A stretch of 63,768 bases of DNA, filler included. It is 7 parts of 7 records of this genome, joined end to end, with 100 filler letters (N's around TTAATTAATTAA, not from the genome) between each part and the next. Parts side by side here need not be neighbours in the genome. Positions count along the whole stretch, not along the records: positions 60,261 to 63,768 come from SRR20825010_6908; 6 more parts are not named here. One strand, 5' to 3'. The translations under genes were made by a program, and so were the position numbers. The stretch's first letter is position 1. Every line of letters begins with the position of its first letter. The notes under the pieces were generated by a model, which was not told the DNA's origin, searched no databases, and was given only the letters and a program-made list of their open reading frames with translations. This document shows, piece by piece, positions 62,307-63,768 of the stretch.

Positions 62307-63768
62307 TTACCCAGCGCCTTGCGCCGCCAGCGCCGCCTCACGCATCTGGCTCAGGGTCCGGCGCGGGGTCAGCGCCTCTTCGGAAATCGCAAGGTCCAAC
62401 ACCGCCCCGGTGCCCGACGCGCAGGCCCGCTCAAACGCCGCCGCAAAATCCTCTGTCCGCTCGACCCGCTCGCCATGAAACCCATAGGACCGCGCCAGCA
62501 TGGCAAAATCCGGGCTGACCATATCTGTCCCGGACACCCGCCCCGGATAGTGCCTCTCCTGATGGGCGCGGATCGTGCCGTAGATGCCATTGTTGAGGAT
62601 CAGGACAATCGGCTGCGCCCCCGCCTGCGCCGCCGTCGCCAGTTCTTGCAGGTTCATCTGAAAGTCGCCGTCCCCGGCGAAACAGATCGCCATACGATCC
62701 GGAAAGGCCACCCGCGCCGCAATGGCGGCGGGCAGGCCGTACCCCATCGCGCCCGACTGCGGTGCCAGCAGGCGCGCCTTGGGGCCAAATTTGAAGAACT
62801 TGTTCGGCCAGACGGAAAAATTGCCCGCGCCGTTGGTCAGGATCACATCGTCGGGCAGAACCTGCGTCAGGTGGCGCATGACCGCCCCCATATCCACCGG
62901 TGAGGGTTGCGCCGGTGCATCAAGGCTGGCCTCGAACTCTGCCCGCGCTTGCGCGCGCCAGTCAGCCCAGCCGCCCTTGACCGGGGTCAGTGCCTTGGCA
63001 AAGGCGTTCGGTCCCGCCTGTATGCCTAGCGCGGGAACATAAATCTTGCCGATTTCCGCGTCCGAGGCATGCACATGGATCAGCTTTTGCTGCGGTTCGG
63101 GCACCTTCAGCAGCGAATAGGCGTCGGTGGTCATCTCACCAAAGCGCACGTTGATGGCCAGAATGGTGTCGGCCTCTGACAGCAAGCGACGCGCATGGGG
63201 CGGCATCCCTACCCCGGCCTCTCCGGCAAAGACCGGTGAGTGATTGTCGAACTGGTCCTGATAGCGAAAGGCCGCAATGACCGGAATGTCAGAAGCTTCG
63301 GCAAAGGATTGCAGCGCTGTCGCGCCCTCTGCCGACCAGTTGGACCCACCCATCAGGATCAGCGGTCGGCTGGACCCGCTCAGCAGCCCCGCCACGTCCG
63401 CCACGGTCGTGCCATCCGTCGACGGCTCGCGCACGACAGAGGCACCCGCAATCGGTGCCGCCTCTGTCATGTTGGTCAGCATGTCCTCTGGCAGAGCGAT
63501 CACCACCGGACCGGGGCGGCCTGTGGTGGCGGTCTTCCACGCACGGGCAAGGATTTCCGGCACGCGGTCCACATCGTCGATTTCCACAGCCCATTTGGCC
63601 ATGGAGCCAAAAACCGCCCGGTAGTCGATTTCCTGAAACGCCTCGCGTCCCTTCATGTCGGTGCCCACCTGTCCGACAAATACCAACATCGGCGTGCTGT
63701 CCTGCATCGCAGTGTGAATCCCGATCGAGGCATTGGTGACACCCGGACCACGCGTCACAAAACAGATG
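62307..63768 (-). CDS. Thiamine pyrophosphate-binding protein, acetolactate synthase large-subunit-like (5' end cut)
   Basis: TRGPG; FQEID; GRPGPV; GAMGYGLPAA; GDGDF...NN TPP-binding motif. Confidence 0.92.
   Translation of the reverse strand, partial: ICFVTRGPGVTNASIGIHTAMQDSTPMLVFVGQVGTDMKGREAFQEIDYRAVFGSMAKWAVEIDDVDRVPEILARAWKTATTGRPGPVVIALPEDMLTNMTEAAPIAGASVVREPSTDGTTVADVAGLLSGSSRPLILMGGSNWSAEGATALQSFAEASDIPVIAAFRYQDQFDNHSPVFAGEAGVGMPPHARRLLSEADTILAINVRFGEMTTDAYSLLKVPEPQQKLIHVHASDAEIGKIYVPALGIQAGPNAFAKALTPVKGGWADWRAQARAEFEASLDAPAQPSPVDMGAVMRHLTQVLPDDVILTNGAGNFSVWPNKFFKFGPKARLLAPQSGAMGYGLPAAIAARVAFPDRMAICFAGDGDFQMNLQELATAAQAGAQPIVLILNNGIYGTIRAHQERHYPGRVSGTDMVSPDFAMLARSYGFHGERVERTEDFAAAFERACASGTGAVLDLAISEEALTPRRTLSQMREAALAAQGAG

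Noticed and set aside
62319-63739. Long plus-strand ORFs opposite the TPP-enzyme gene, and similar antisense ORFs throughout the window
   Set aside because: Shadow ORFs antisense to well-supported genes, expected from codon bias and high GC.

Overview
This window is not one locus. It is seven unrelated contigs joined by 100-nt artificial spacers (44 N + TTAATTAATTAA + 44 N). Contigs 1-4 (1-11986, 12087-24628, 24729-33050, 33151-47970) are Flavobacteriaceae-like. Contig 5 (48071-55665) is a Cytophagales/Cyclobacteriaceae-like dcw cluster. Contig 6 (55766-60160) is a gammaproteobacterial rarA-crcB-serS-cysG-gor segment. Contig 7 (60261-63768) is a high-GC, Rhodobacteraceae-like fragment. Taxonomic calls are impressions from gene content and composition, not database results. 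Most genes are housekeeping. The best signals are non-coding. (1) In contig 4, a (A/C/G)TGA-N6-TCA(T/G) palindrome recurs at seven promoters, each time exactly 22 nt upstream of a Bacteroidetes -7 box or a variant of it; this points to a CRP/FNR-type class II regulon. (2) One of those promoters drives an unannotated ~230-nt transcript with a boxA-like 5' end, repeated GUGCACAAGU motifs and its own terminator: a candidate sRNA or a 46-aa Cys-rich peptide. (3) Four 10-bp-phased repeats lie upstream of ssb. (4) A tRNA-Pro-anchored integrative element carries an IntDOT-type integrase and a Zn-finger/RES pseudogene with three frameshifts. (5) murG probably starts at ATT. (6) A TPR-AraC/TPR membrane pair has a 20-bp perfect palindrome downstream. 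(7) Contig 7 holds an orphan, translationally coupled operon.
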